A stretch of DNA of 64,000 nt. Source: a virus. Below the pieces are notes generated by a model. The model ran no database searches, was not told where the DNA came from, and worked only from the letters and a program-made list of their open reading frames with translations. This document shows, piece after piece, positions 1-9,885 of the stretch; positions within the stretch are counted from its first letter, which is position 1; the number at the start of each line of letters is the position of its first letter. The stretch is from positions 32,001 to 96,000 of IMG/VR virus record IMGVR_UViG_3300042373_001362; one strand, given 5' to 3'. A program made the translations under genes and the position numbers.

Positions 1-134
1 AAACGTTCTCTTACTTCTGCAATTTCTTCCCTTTTTTCGTCCATGAAGAAAATAACGCCACCATATTGGCGTTCGAGAGAGCGGGGAATTTGCTTCCATA
101 ATTCAATTGGAATCCTGTTATCTGTATTACTCAT
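1..134 (-). CDS. 5' part of a tail/baseplate-region gene, running off the window edge
   Basis: ATG at 134 overlaps the TGA of the upstream gene (ATGA); open frame MSNTDNRIPIELWKQ... to the edge. Confidence 0.5.
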   Translation of the reverse strand, partial: MSNTDNRIPIELWKQIPRSLERQYGGVIFFMDEKREEIAEVRER

Positions 135-1792
135 GGGTTTACAAAATTACCATTATCAAGAATTTCGTCAAAATTCATAGTCGGATTTTGTTTAGCTCTA
201 GCGTAAGCAGCTTCGCGGCCAGTAACCACAATAACAGAATTGCATTTTGCATTAAATTCTATAAATCCTCTTGCAGCAGCTCGAGTTAAAAAGTCAATCG
301 TAAGTCCTGTCCTTAATGCCAAACTTGTACTTGGTTTGGTTCTGCTACACAGCGTTCCTTCTCTTGGAGTACGTGGCGGTAACTCTACAATTGGCGTAAG
401 TTTTGGAAACTCAATAAGTTTTATTAGTTCTTTCGGATACTCAGTCAATGTTATGTCGCATGAAGCCCTGCTTATTGCCCCAGTTGAACTTCTGTACACA
501 GATGTAACGCTAAAGTCAGCTATGACAAACAGTGAACCGCTACCCGAGTCTTTGTTAAATGGGTATCTAACGGGTTCTTGTAAGAGTTTGTCAAAACCCA
601 TAAACACAACAGGGAAAGGGCTTGAGGCCATTTGCCTAAGTGTTTTCAAATCGTTATCTACACTTGTTGTTATTACACCGTTGTCAAGCGCCCTATCAAG
701 ACTTCCCTCAGCGTTTGGTGCAACTAAAAAGCTAAACGAAACACTCATTAGCTTGTAAGACTTCCAATCAACCATCGGCCTATTTGCAGCGCGGTCAATT
801 GGCGACCATTCAGAACCAATGCTTGTATAAGAAATTTGGTTTGGTCTATGAAGAAACTCGTATGTGAGCTGAGGCTGTCCAGAAGTTGTTGTCTGTACAA
901 GTTTTGGCGCTTGGGAAGCAGAAATAGTTACAGAGCCAGCATTAACTGTTCGACTTAAAGCAGGTGAGGCGACAGTTACCGCTATGTTTTGACTTCTTGG
1001 TGTTTGCCTGGCAATTCTTGCACTTGGCATAATTAATGAATTTGCTGCTCTTGTTGAAAGTGCAGCAGCTGAATTTGCATTTACAAGAGCAATTGCCTCA
1101 GCTCTTGTGTTCCCTCTGGCTATTAGTTCATCAATTTTAGCAAGCCTAATTGATTCTGCAACGTTAGCCATTAAAGATTCGTTGCTTTGACCAGATGTGT
1201 CTCTTGTAAATAAACTGTCAATCAAATATTGACTGTCGGTAAACCCAAAAGTTTCTAAATTTCCAAATGTATAAAATCTATTGTCAAACGGGTGATACCA
1301 ATATGCAGGAATAATTAGGTTGCCGTTATCATCGTATGTGTTTGTGTACGTTTGAGGGCTTTCAATCCAAACCTGAATATTATTGTAAGAATATGGATTT
1401 GTTGACGCAGGAAGAGATGCAGAAACAGGGTATAGCTTTGTTCTGCTTGTTGCAACAAAAAGCTTTGTTCCATAGTACTTATGTGTATAAACACTAAACC
1501 TGTCGGGGTAGTACCTGCGGGTTGGTTTTATGCCTATTTCTGTACGCGGTTCGTATCTTGTTCTTTCGGCGGGAACGTTTTCATCTCCAGGCATATATTG
1601 CTTGTACGCAGTGAGGGCAGGAAGAGGAAGCCAGTATTCAATTTCATTAATTCTTAAATCGGTGCCATTTAAGATGCGTTTGTATAGATGAAAAATTGGA
1701 TACCCAGGGTACACAACACCAGGACCGGGTTGAGTTTTTCTGACTTCTTTGTAGTAATAGGTTTCTTGAATTGGCTGAGGAGATATAGACAT
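131..1792 (-). CDS. tail/baseplate-associated protein (tube-initiator-like C-terminal part)
   Basis: 553 aa, directly after the tape measure; YEFLHRPNQISY...EWSPIDR...CDITLTEYP resembles contractile-tail tube-initiator proteins. Confidence 0.5.
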   Translation of the reverse strand: MSISPQPIQETYYYKEVRKTQPGPGVVYPGYPIFHLYKRILNGTDLRINEIEYWLPLPALTAYKQYMPGDENVPAERTRYEPRTEIGIKPTRRYYPDRFSVYTHKYYGTKLFVATSRTKLYPVSASLPASTNPYSYNNIQVWIESPQTYTNTYDDNGNLIIPAYWYHPFDNRFYTFGNLETFGFTDSQYLIDSLFTRDTSGQSNESLMANVAESIRLAKIDELIARGNTRAEAIALVNANSAAALSTRAANSLIMPSARIARQTPRSQNIAVTVASPALSRTVNAGSVTISASQAPKLVQTTTSGQPQLTYEFLHRPNQISYTSIGSEWSPIDRAANRPMVDWKSYKLMSVSFSFLVAPNAEGSLDRALDNGVITTSVDNDLKTLRQMASSPFPVVFMGFDKLLQEPVRYPFNKDSGSGSLFVIADFSVTSVYRSSTGAISRASCDITLTEYPKELIKLIEFPKLTPIVELPPRTPREGTLCSRTKPSTSLALRTGLTIDFLTRAAARGFIEFNAKCNSVIVVTGREAAYARAKQNPTMNFDEILDNGNFVNP

Positions 1793-4700
1793 TAGATTCT
1801 CTCTCTTATTCTCTGCTCAGTAGTCTTTATCTTTGCCATTACCATGTTTGCTATCTCTTCAGGGTTGTTTTGTCCACCGTTTATATGGAAAGTAAACGAA
1901 TTTCCTCCTGATGTAACAGTAGCCTGAGTTGCTACACCCATTTGGTTAGAAGCTGGAGTCAATGTGTCGCCAAGTGCGCCTGGCCCTGGAACTGCATGAA
2001 GATGTCTACCCGCTCCACTTCCATGGAATTCGGCAAACCCACCAGCATTACGTGTTGCCACGGCGTAGGAACCAAGGTTTTGACCAACAAGGTCGATTGC
2101 CCTACCCGTTACATGGTCAGAGTTGAGTGAACCAAGACCATATGTTCTATACGAAGAGGTGATTGACCTCTTCCCAGGAATAGAGCTGTTAATAGCCTTG
2201 TGCCTATCCATTGTTTGGCTAAGTCGTGAAGAAGTGGTATCACCGACAACGCCACCACGAGGGGTTGTCGTGTCCGTCTGCATTATTTCTTTCATTGCTT
2301 CTTTTGACCACCACTCAGGTTTGGCTGCTTCTGGACCAAAAGCGGTACTCATATCTCTACTGAATTTTTCAACGGCCTCTTTAAACGTTGTTGATGCTGT
2401 TTTCATTTCTTTTGCAACAGCGTTTGTTTGGTCAGTATCTTGAGCACGAACTATAAGGCCAGCGTTTGTAACCCCATAATTAGCGAACTGTTGATTGAGA
2501 AGCATTCCCTGATAGTGTGCTTTGCTCTTGGCTCCTTTAGAGGTGTACAATTTCTTTGCTTCTGCGTCCGTCATGTTTGCAAACGGGTCCGTTATTTGGA
2601 AAATTCCACTTTCAACGTCGCTTAGGAATCTTTCTCTATTTTCAGCACTCATTTTAGAAATTGCTTCGTTCATCTTTGTAGTGTTGCCGTACCTCCCCAT
2701 TCCGCCAAGCATTCCCTGCACTTGAGCGCTAGCGTTGGATATGAGTCCTTTTTCGGTTTCTGTAGATGTTTTAGTGAGAGCCTCAGTAACTTCCGGTGTA
2801 AAAAAATCAGCTGGGTTAATATCAGCAAATGCGCCACCTGGCTTAAAAAGGTCACCAGGGTTAGCAAGTGTGCCTATCTGTCTCTGTTGGGCATAAAAAT
2901 CCGTTATCGGGTTGTCTGTCATTCCTATGGATGACTCTTGAAATGCCCTTAAAGCATTGAGTACAGATAATGTGTCTCCTCCACCCCTAATGGTGTCACC
3001 AAGCGCCGTACCTCTTTCGTCATATATTTCGGGCGCTTGAACTCTTTTTATTATTTCGTCAAAACCAGTAGCTATAGCAGAAAGCGATACGTCTATATTG
3101 GCCTCTTTCATTTCTTTTGCAGTTTTAACCATTGTTAAGCCAAGTTTTTCAACTATGTCAGAAGTCTTGAGTGTCGCGTCGTATAGGTCTACACCCATCT
3201 TCTTGGCAAGAACTTCTATTTCTGCTCCAGACTTTCCGCTCATGTCTTTGAGCAGCTCCATGCGTGCACCTTGCTGCTTGCTGATTGTGTCTGCTGCTTT
3301 AAGCCTTTCAGGAAGCTCTTTAGAAAGCTTTGTAAGTCCAGCGCCTTTGTCTTTGCTTATGGCTGCCATTTCTTCGGGCGTAATAATTCCTTTAAAGGCT
3401 GGGTCTTCGCTTATTTCTTTGAGTATCTTGTAATCTTTTTCTTGTTTTTTCTTTCTTTCACCTCTACCAAAAAGACCTTTTGTTAAACCTGTAATTCCTC
3501 CCACGACTCCACCGAGAACTGCACCAATACTTCCAAAGGTAGCTGCTGTTACTAAAGAGCCGATAGGTCCGCCGACGCTTCCCGCTATCGCGCCAGTCGC
3601 GACTCCAAGTCCTCCGCCTATTGCTGCGCCAGTACCCATGCCGCCCTTGGTTTGCTCCCATGTCGACTTTCCGTAGTCTCCGCTAAATCCTCGCTCTTTT
3701 AGTGCTTTGCTGAGGTTTCCGTAAGCTGCAGCAGTTTCTCCAGCTATCCCTTCATATGCTCCCGTGCGCCCAGTCATATCTACACCTGCAGCTGCATCTG
3801 CCTCTTGTCGAAGTACTTTGTCTTTGGCATTCATGATTTGACGAGTAGCTATGCCATCAAGAAATGAGCCCATCGCTTCTTTTGATTCTTTTGCTCTTTG
3901 TCTCATTCCTCCAGCAAAACCAGCAACTGCTCCAGTTATCGCACCAAGAGCTGCACCTACAGCAGTACCAATTCCTGGGGCAATCATTGTTCCAATTGCT
4001 GCACCCGCACCAGCACCGGTCATTGCTCCGCCTGCTGCCGTTCTAGAGTTAAGTGCTGCTCCACCGAGACCAACAGCAAGACCGGCTAGTGGGTTGAATT
4101 GACCAACCATTGCACCCATAGCCATTGCCCCCTGTGCTTCTGGTGCCATGTACTGAGACGCAACTCCCATGCCTAGGCCAACGCCCATTTTTGCACCCAT
4201 GCTTCTGTTAACTCCGCTAATACCTTTTTCATCGTTACCGAGAATTGCGGAACCAAGGGCGCTGTTTCTGCGTGAGCGTGAAGTGAGGCCTGCATATTTA
4301 ATTTTGTTTCTAAAGGTTTGACCTTTTGTGTCTACAAAACCTGTTTGTGCGTCATATCTAGCGCCCACCGTGGCTATTCTTTGACCTGTAACCGGGTCTA
4401 TCTTTCTACTTAAATTAAGCACTTCACCAGTAGATTCATCTAGTGTCGCAAATCGACGGCCAGTAATTTTTCCTCTAAATAAATCTTGACCAACTCCTGT
4501 ATTACCCTGTGCTTGTTGTCTTGAGCCATCGAATATGCGACCCAAAAAGCCTCTGCGGCTGTACGCGCCTTGCGTTCCTGGTCCGCCAGCACCAGGAGGA
4601 GCTGTTCCTGGACCTCCAGGACCGGGCATGCCACCGCCACCACCTGCGCCACCACCTGTTGCGCCGCTAGAAAATCTCGCTGCGTCAATTGGGGAACTAG

Positions 4701-6903
4701 GGCCTGCTGGAGTCGAGTCGATAAACTGATAACCTCGTTGGACCATCATTATTGGTCTAGTGCTGCTTCCGGCAGTTGGTGCAGGCGGGTAAGGTGCTCC
4801 ACCCTGCCCTGTTCTTCCAACTTCTCCGGTACCCGGAGTTTTTGCAACAAAAGCTCCCGGATTCCAGTACCGTGTACCGTCTTTTTTGGTTACCCAGTTA
4901 CCTCTACCGACAAGCTTTGCGTCAGGGTTAGGGTAATCCTTGCCCCAGGTAATTGGCCTTCCACCCGCATCAACTTCTCCGGTGCGTGTATCTCCAGGCC
5001 ACCTACGTCCTCCATACAAGGGACTACCGTGCGGGTCATAAAGTGGTTTACCCCCTCTTCTTACGGTAACGGGGACGCCTGGTGGAATAGCTGGCGGTCT
5101 TTGTGGGCCGATAGGAACAGGTCCGGTGGGTATTGGTCTTGGTGGAGTCCCCGGTGGTGTTCCTGGTGGTGTTCCAGGTGGCGTTCCCGGTGGCCCGCCC
5201 GGTCCACTTGGTCCTACTGGTGGACCTCCAGGCCCTCCTGGTCTTCCACCATTAACAATAACGCTTCTAGCTGTTACGGTCATCGTATTTACTGGTGCGC
5301 GCTCTCTGCCCAAAAAACCACCAGTATTGCCCTTCATCTGACGGCCCAATATCAAGAGAGCCATATACGCCATTGGCCCTCCGAGAATGCTGCTGAATTT
5401 AGAAAGCAAGCCGGTCATCATTCCAACAACCTCGGTAATACCTTTAATTACATCGCTCAAAAATGGAAGAGCATCAGAAAATGCTTTAGTAAAAACATCC
5501 TGCAATTTAAATAGTTCTGTTATTAAAGAACCGAGGTTGTTGCCTATTTCTACAAATGTTTCTTTGTTACTGATGGCTCCTTCATTAAAATCTTTGAAAG
5601 AATCCAAAAATCCAGATTTCAATGCTGAAAGAATTGGTTTGAATATTCCTTCTACGGCCCTTGCGCCTTCAATAAAAGGCCTAAGCTCTTCTCTGGAATT
5701 TTTAAACCATCTAGAAAACTTCTCCCATCCGCCAGCCATGTTTTTGAAAAATCCATCAGTCTTTGGAAGCCACTCGCGAATAAGCTTTACAAAGAAGTTT
5801 GACATTTTTTCGACTCCGCTTACTATTCCGTCGAAAAAAGAATCATTTCCAAAATCAGAAAGCGCCCCACTTACGCGAACAAGGTCTGTTCTAATAATCC
5901 TAAAAATCTTTTGCATTGCAACTTTGGCTGGCTCAAGAAACTGTTGACCAAAGTCTCCGAACTCAATTTTTAAAAGATTAAAAAATGATTTTGCCTGTCC
6001 AATGAGTGTCGAGTTAACAGCTTCAAATTGACCAGCAACTCCACCAGCCTTGGCGAGTTCGCCAGACATGATAAGTTCCTTCATCTGCTTCTTGCTGGTT
6101 ACTTTTGCATCTTTGAGCGCTTTTTCCATTTGTGGACCAAGCGCTTTTGCGGCTTGTTTAACGCTAGCCATGCTTGTCTTAGAGTTATTGAGAGCCTCAA
6201 TAAGAGCCCCAACTTTGTCAGCCGCCGCTGCTGGGTCTTGACCCGCTGCTCCAAAGTCCATGAGGTTCTTAATCATGGCTCCACTTTGTGCAATTTGCGA
6301 GGACTTCATCGACTTAGCCATTGATGCGTAAGCTTTGTTAAGTGCATCAACACCAAGGCCTGCCAGCTGAGCATCGGCTTGAAGGGTTCGCATTGCAACA
6401 CGAACCTGGTTTGTTCCTGTTATGTATTCCCCTGCTCCACCTGCCGTGTACGCATGCATTGCGGCTTGTTGTTCGCGAATAGCGGCAGTGGCAACTCCAA
6501 TTGCAATCGCTGCGCTTGCGGCCGCACCGGCCATGGCTGTCATGCCCCAGGAATAGGCTTTGTGCAACCACTTTCCTGCAATAAATAGAGCATGAATTCC
6601 CATTAAAGCAGCAGAAAATAAACCAAACTGAAGAAGCGTTGATTTAAGAGCAAGACCCAGGACTTTAGTTAGTCCTGTGCCCATCATTTTTATGCCCTTG
6701 TCTACAGAGTCGAACACTTTGCGTGTTGCCACGCTGGTGGTTACCAAGCTTTTTGATACAGTTGCTACCGACCTAGCACCACTGCTTAGCTTTTTTCCTT
6801 GCCTATCAAGCCTGTCGATGGCTTTGCTGAGAGTCCTGACTTCAAGAGCACCCTGAAGGGCACCCTTTACCTCAATATTGACTGTTGCTTCAGCCCTGGA
6901 CAC
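1792..6903 (-). CDS. tape measure protein with C-terminal M15-like (LAS) peptidase domain
   Basis: 1703 aa; Ala/Gly-rich helical and hydrophobic tracts; follows tube and chaperone; C-terminal ITSSYR...SDHVTGRAID...HLH motif. Confidence 0.85.
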   Translation of the reverse strand: MSRAEATVNIEVKGALQGALEVRTLSKAIDRLDRQGKKLSSGARSVATVSKSLVTTSVATRKVFDSVDKGIKMMGTGLTKVLGLALKSTLLQFGLFSAALMGIHALFIAGKWLHKAYSWGMTAMAGAAASAAIAIGVATAAIREQQAAMHAYTAGGAGEYITGTNQVRVAMRTLQADAQLAGLGVDALNKAYASMAKSMKSSQIAQSGAMIKNLMDFGAAGQDPAAAADKVGALIEALNNSKTSMASVKQAAKALGPQMEKALKDAKVTSKKQMKELIMSGELAKAGGVAGQFEAVNSTLIGQAKSFFNLLKIEFGDFGQQFLEPAKVAMQKIFRIIRTDLVRVSGALSDFGNDSFFDGIVSGVEKMSNFFVKLIREWLPKTDGFFKNMAGGWEKFSRWFKNSREELRPFIEGARAVEGIFKPILSALKSGFLDSFKDFNEGAISNKETFVEIGNNLGSLITELFKLQDVFTKAFSDALPFLSDVIKGITEVVGMMTGLLSKFSSILGGPMAYMALLILGRQMKGNTGGFLGRERAPVNTMTVTARSVIVNGGRPGGPGGPPVGPSGPGGPPGTPPGTPPGTPPGTPPRPIPTGPVPIGPQRPPAIPPGVPVTVRRGGKPLYDPHGSPLYGGRRWPGDTRTGEVDAGGRPITWGKDYPNPDAKLVGRGNWVTKKDGTRYWNPGAFVAKTPGTGEVGRTGQGGAPYPPAPTAGSSTRPIMMVQRGYQFIDSTPAGPSSPIDAARFSSGATGGGAGGGGGMPGPGGPGTAPPGAGGPGTQGAYSRRGFLGRIFDGSRQQAQGNTGVGQDLFRGKITGRRFATLDESTGEVLNLSRKIDPVTGQRIATVGARYDAQTGFVDTKGQTFRNKIKYAGLTSRSRRNSALGSAILGNDEKGISGVNRSMGAKMGVGLGMGVASQYMAPEAQGAMAMGAMVGQFNPLAGLAVGLGGAALNSRTAAGGAMTGAGAGAAIGTMIAPGIGTAVGAALGAITGAVAGFAGGMRQRAKESKEAMGSFLDGIATRQIMNAKDKVLRQEADAAAGVDMTGRTGAYEGIAGETAAAYGNLSKALKERGFSGDYGKSTWEQTKGGMGTGAAIGGGLGVATGAIAGSVGGPIGSLVTAATFGSIGAVLGGVVGGITGLTKGLFGRGERKKKQEKDYKILKEISEDPAFKGIITPEEMAAISKDKGAGLTKLSKELPERLKAADTISKQQGARMELLKDMSGKSGAEIEVLAKKMGVDLYDATLKTSDIVEKLGLTMVKTAKEMKEANIDVSLSAIATGFDEIIKRVQAPEIYDERGTALGDTIRGGGDTLSVLNALRAFQESSIGMTDNPITDFYAQQRQIGTLANPGDLFKPGGAFADINPADFFTPEVTEALTKTSTETEKGLISNASAQVQGMLGGMGRYGNTTKMNEAISKMSAENRERFLSDVESGIFQITDPFANMTDAEAKKLYTSKGAKSKAHYQGMLLNQQFANYGVTNAGLIVRAQDTDQTNAVAKEMKTASTTFKEAVEKFSRDMSTAFGPEAAKPEWWSKEAMKEIMQTDTTTPRGGVVGDTTSSRLSQTMDRHKAINSSIPGKRSITSSYRTYGLGSLNSDHVTGRAIDLVGQNLGSYAVATRNAGGFAEFHGSGAGRHLHAVPGPGALGDTLTPASNQMGVATQATVTSGGNSFTFHINGGQNNPEEIANMVMAKIKTTEQRIRERI

Positions 6904-6971
6904 GGTTAGACCTCACACGCTATCTGACGATTTTTTTTAGAAATCGCGTGAGTGTAGGAAGGGAACCTAGC

Positions 6972-7160
6972 TCATTGCCTAGATTTGCGTTCCTGCTCTT
7001 CGCGGTCGTTACTTATTACTTTAGCACAAGCAAGCCTTATGAGCCATTCAGTTTCTGTTGAATCCAGAAGCCTAATGGGGTCGGTTCCGAACAGTTCACC
7101 TAGTCTGGCCGCAGATATGACCAGAGGGTCTTCAACTAGTTCGTCGAAGACCCCTTCGTA
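6972..7160 (-). CDS. tail assembly chaperone C-terminal extension (putative -1 frameshift product)
   Basis: Open -1 frame overlapping the end of the 179-aa ORF (..FDELVEDPLVISAARLGELFGTDP..RKSRQ*), no ATG, between chaperone and tape measure. Confidence 0.7.
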   Translation of the reverse strand, partial: YEGVFDELVEDPLVISAARLGELFGTDPIRLLDSTETEWLIRLACAKVISNDREEQERKSRQ

Positions 7161-7675
7161 GGGTCCTCTACGTCAACCGAGTCTGAATATCCTGCGGCGT
7201 CAAGGATTGAGAGAGCTGCTGCCTCGATGTGCGGGTCAACACCGAAAAACTCTTTAACGCAGTCTGGGAGTGGACGGGTTGTCCCTGTCATCTCCAAAAT
7301 AACTGCTGAAGCAAAAGTTAATTCGTGTCCAGCATCATCAAACACTTCTTCGTCATCGAAAAGTATTCCGATAGTCGTGTGGCCGATAACTGAACAAGCA
7401 AAACGTGTTCCGTCCATGCCGTTACGAGTATCTTCACCAGCTTGCTTACGCCAGTTCTTCATCTGGTTCTGTGTAATGTTCGGGCTAATCTTGATTTTTA
7501 CACCAGGACGCTCAGGAACAGGAATAAGAACAACAGGGCGTTCAACTTTGCGCTTAACAACGCCGGTCAGCTTTTGAAGTGGTGTTTCCTCTACGGAAGC
7601 AGCAGCTTTAGCCTGTCTGGCTTTCGGAGAAGAATCTTCTGTGGATGTTGTGTAGAGTTCAGAGTTTTCTGTCAT
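7136..7675 (-). CDS. tail assembly chaperone
   Basis: Position between tail tube and tape measure; ends EDPTKGSSTN. Confidence 0.7.
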   Translation of the reverse strand: MTENSELYTTSTEDSSPKARQAKAAASVEETPLQKLTGVVKRKVERPVVLIPVPERPGVKIKISPNITQNQMKNWRKQAGEDTRNGMDGTRFACSVIGHTTIGILFDDEEVFDDAGHELTFASAVILEMTGTTRPLPDCVKEFFGVDPHIEAAALSILDAAGYSDSVDVEDPTKGSSTN

Positions 7676-7732
7676 GAGAGAAAACCTAGCACATCATTTA
7701 TGCTAGCGATGGAACTCAGTAAAGAAGATTTA

Positions 7733-8212
7733 TCAGCCAGCTGCGCCAGCGCCGGACTCAACGTCCGAGATGGCAAATGTTAGCGAGAAAGTTGCAGGTG
7801 CGCCCGAAGATGAGTCACCGTCTGGCTCGGTAATGCCAACCAGAAGGGCCTTGTAATAAACTCGGTCTGTGCCTGGAACCTTAAGGTCGCAGTCAGTCGT
7901 TTCGATGGTTATGTCATAAGAAGCGCGACCAACCAATGGACGAAGTGTTGCAATCTTTTCTGCAATTCCGGTAGGGCCGTCTGCTGCAATTCTGTCGTCA
8001 TCATAATGAGCGGTTAGGGTGATGTCGCCAACCTCAGATGGAGCGCAAAGAACTGTCGGGCGGAGCTTGCCACCTTCGTAGATTTTTTCTACAGATGCGG
8101 TTATTTCTCCACCAGAAACTTGGGCGAAATAGAAACCGGTCCATTTCGGGTGCTTTGTTGGCTCTACTGGATTAATAGAGGCGAGTACTTGGCGTTGAGA
8201 TACCTTTGGCAT
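7733..8212 (-). CDS. tail tube protein
   Basis: 159 aa right after the sheath; FAQVSGGE..DITLT..DGDSSSGAPATFSLTF pattern. Confidence 0.75.
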   Translation of the reverse strand: MPKVSQRQVLASINPVEPTKHPKWTGFYFAQVSGGEITASVEKIYEGGKLRPTVLCAPSEVGDITLTAHYDDDRIAADGPTGIAEKIATLRPLVGRASYDITIETTDCDLKVPGTDRVYYKALLVGITEPDGDSSSGAPATFSLTFAISDVESGAGAAG

Positions 8213-8226
8213 GTTTATATCCTTCT

Positions 8227-9759
8227 TTAGACGACGCTGGAGGTCAGATTCGACTTAATGATGTCAACCTCAATCTTGTCACCGACGCTGCTGGTTCGAA
8301 CACCAACTTTTGCCTTGACAGTACCGCCAGCAAGCTGGGTTACCGGATTGAGAGCTGAGTCGCATCGTACGGTGTAGCCATTGTCAACCTTCTTGCCATT
8401 GGCATCAAATGCCTGGAAGAGAGCGCCCTGCTCACGGAGTGGAGCAAGGATGGCTATCAGTCTCGATGTGATTGCAGAGAAAATAGTGTCTCTACCGTCG
8501 ATTACACCGAACACAAGGTCTTCAAGTGACCTTTGTGACTCAACAACAATGTGGTTGATGATTTCTTGAGTTGTGATATAACGGAAGTTTTCTGTATCGA
8601 TAGAAAGCGAACGAGCACCGTAGATTCTGACAGAGTTTTGAATTATTCTAATTGCATTGATATTTTCAGAATCAAGAGAATCACCAACGGTCTTGTTGAT
8701 GTCCAATGCTGTTCCGGATACATATCGTGAGTTAGAAATCAAACCAGCTGCTGGAATATGTGCTCCACCCTGGTTGTGTGCCTGGGCACGCTTAGCAGCA
8801 ACGTAACCATCTGGTGGGATGGTCTTGCTAAGGCCATTGGTTGATGTTGGAACGGTAACCCATGGGAAGTAGATAGCTGCATGCTCAAGGCCCTCAAGGA
8901 GCTTGATGTCATCAGCCTTAGAAATTGCATTGGCAGCCGTATCAGCAACGCCACAGTGCAAGATTGCTATTCTGTTGTTTGCATTTGCGTGCGCAATAAG
9001 AGCAGCAGAAACTTCAAAGTCTGATTTAAGTGTTCCGTCGTAGTCTGTTGCTGGGCCTCCCGATGAGGCGAGGGTTGCTGTTTCTCCGTCTGGAATTGCA
9101 ACAGCTCCTGCACCAAGAGAGTCATTGAAGGCTTCAAGACCAGCAATCAAAACAGCATCGTCAACACCAGCAAGGTCATCGGAGCCTGTTGAAAGAGCTG
9201 TTAATGAAATTGCTGCCGGTATCTGGCTTACGCCAACTGCTCCTGCATCTGGGCCCAGTTCAGCAACTACATAACGTGAAGCGACACTGCTTGAGTTGAT
9301 TCGCCCAACAGCCTGTGCAAGAGATGTAACAACACCAGTGTTATATACAGGGTTGCCATCATATTCAATAATTACAGCGAATGCTGAACCTGGATTGGTA
9401 ACAGTCACGCCAACTTCGGCGCTCCAGTTTCCAGGACCAGTTGCTTTAAGGATAAGCAAAGAGTCTTCGTCTTCGTTTTCAAGAACAAGCTCTCCTACTG
9501 TGGCGTCTTCGCCAGCAACCCTGGAAACATAGACCTGGGTGCCACCCTCTTCAAAGAACGTCTCTACCGTTGGGTGAAGGTATGACCAGGCTACATAGCC
9601 GCCAAAAATGTTTTCAAATTCTGTGAGGCTCTGAACAAGAACTGCTTCACCTACTGGTCCGCGTTCTGCTAGTCCGACAACAAAAAGCTGCGAAGATTCG
9701 CGCACTGTCGCGGAAGATGGGCCTGTTCTGACTGCTGTGGAGATAACTACGCCTGGCAT
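8227..9759 (-). CDS. tail sheath protein (contractile tail)
   Basis: MPGVVI start, GLAERGP, FFEEGG, YFPWV, PPDGYVAA, INAIR, IYGARSL sheath motifs. Confidence 0.92.
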   Translation of the reverse strand: MPGVVISTAVRTGPSSATVRESSQLFVVGLAERGPVGEAVLVQSLTEFENIFGGYVAWSYLHPTVETFFEEGGTQVYVSRVAGEDATVGELVLENEDEDSLLILKATGPGNWSAEVGVTVTNPGSAFAVIIEYDGNPVYNTGVVTSLAQAVGRINSSSVASRYVVAELGPDAGAVGVSQIPAAISLTALSTGSDDLAGVDDAVLIAGLEAFNDSLGAGAVAIPDGETATLASSGGPATDYDGTLKSDFEVSAALIAHANANNRIAILHCGVADTAANAISKADDIKLLEGLEHAAIYFPWVTVPTSTNGLSKTIPPDGYVAAKRAQAHNQGGAHIPAAGLISNSRYVSGTALDINKTVGDSLDSENINAIRIIQNSVRIYGARSLSIDTENFRYITTQEIINHIVVESQRSLEDLVFGVIDGRDTIFSAITSRLIAILAPLREQGALFQAFDANGKKVDNGYTVRCDSALNPVTQLAGGTVKAKVGVRTSSVGDKIEVDIIKSNLTSSVV

Positions 9760-9885
9760 AAGACCTTCCTATTGGTTATGTTGAGTGACAATGCCGCCAA
9801 CGATTTATATTGTACAGATGATTTGTTGTTGATTATTGCAACTGTTACAAAAGAATGCTGTACAAATAGAATACGGCAAAAAGGT

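Noticed and set aside
4440-5947. Long alternative ORFs overlapping the tape measure (e.g. 4570..5514)
   Set aside because: Antisense/off-frame shadows of a GC-rich low-complexity coding region; the same applies to the many antisense ORFs over the giant genes, capsid and RNR.
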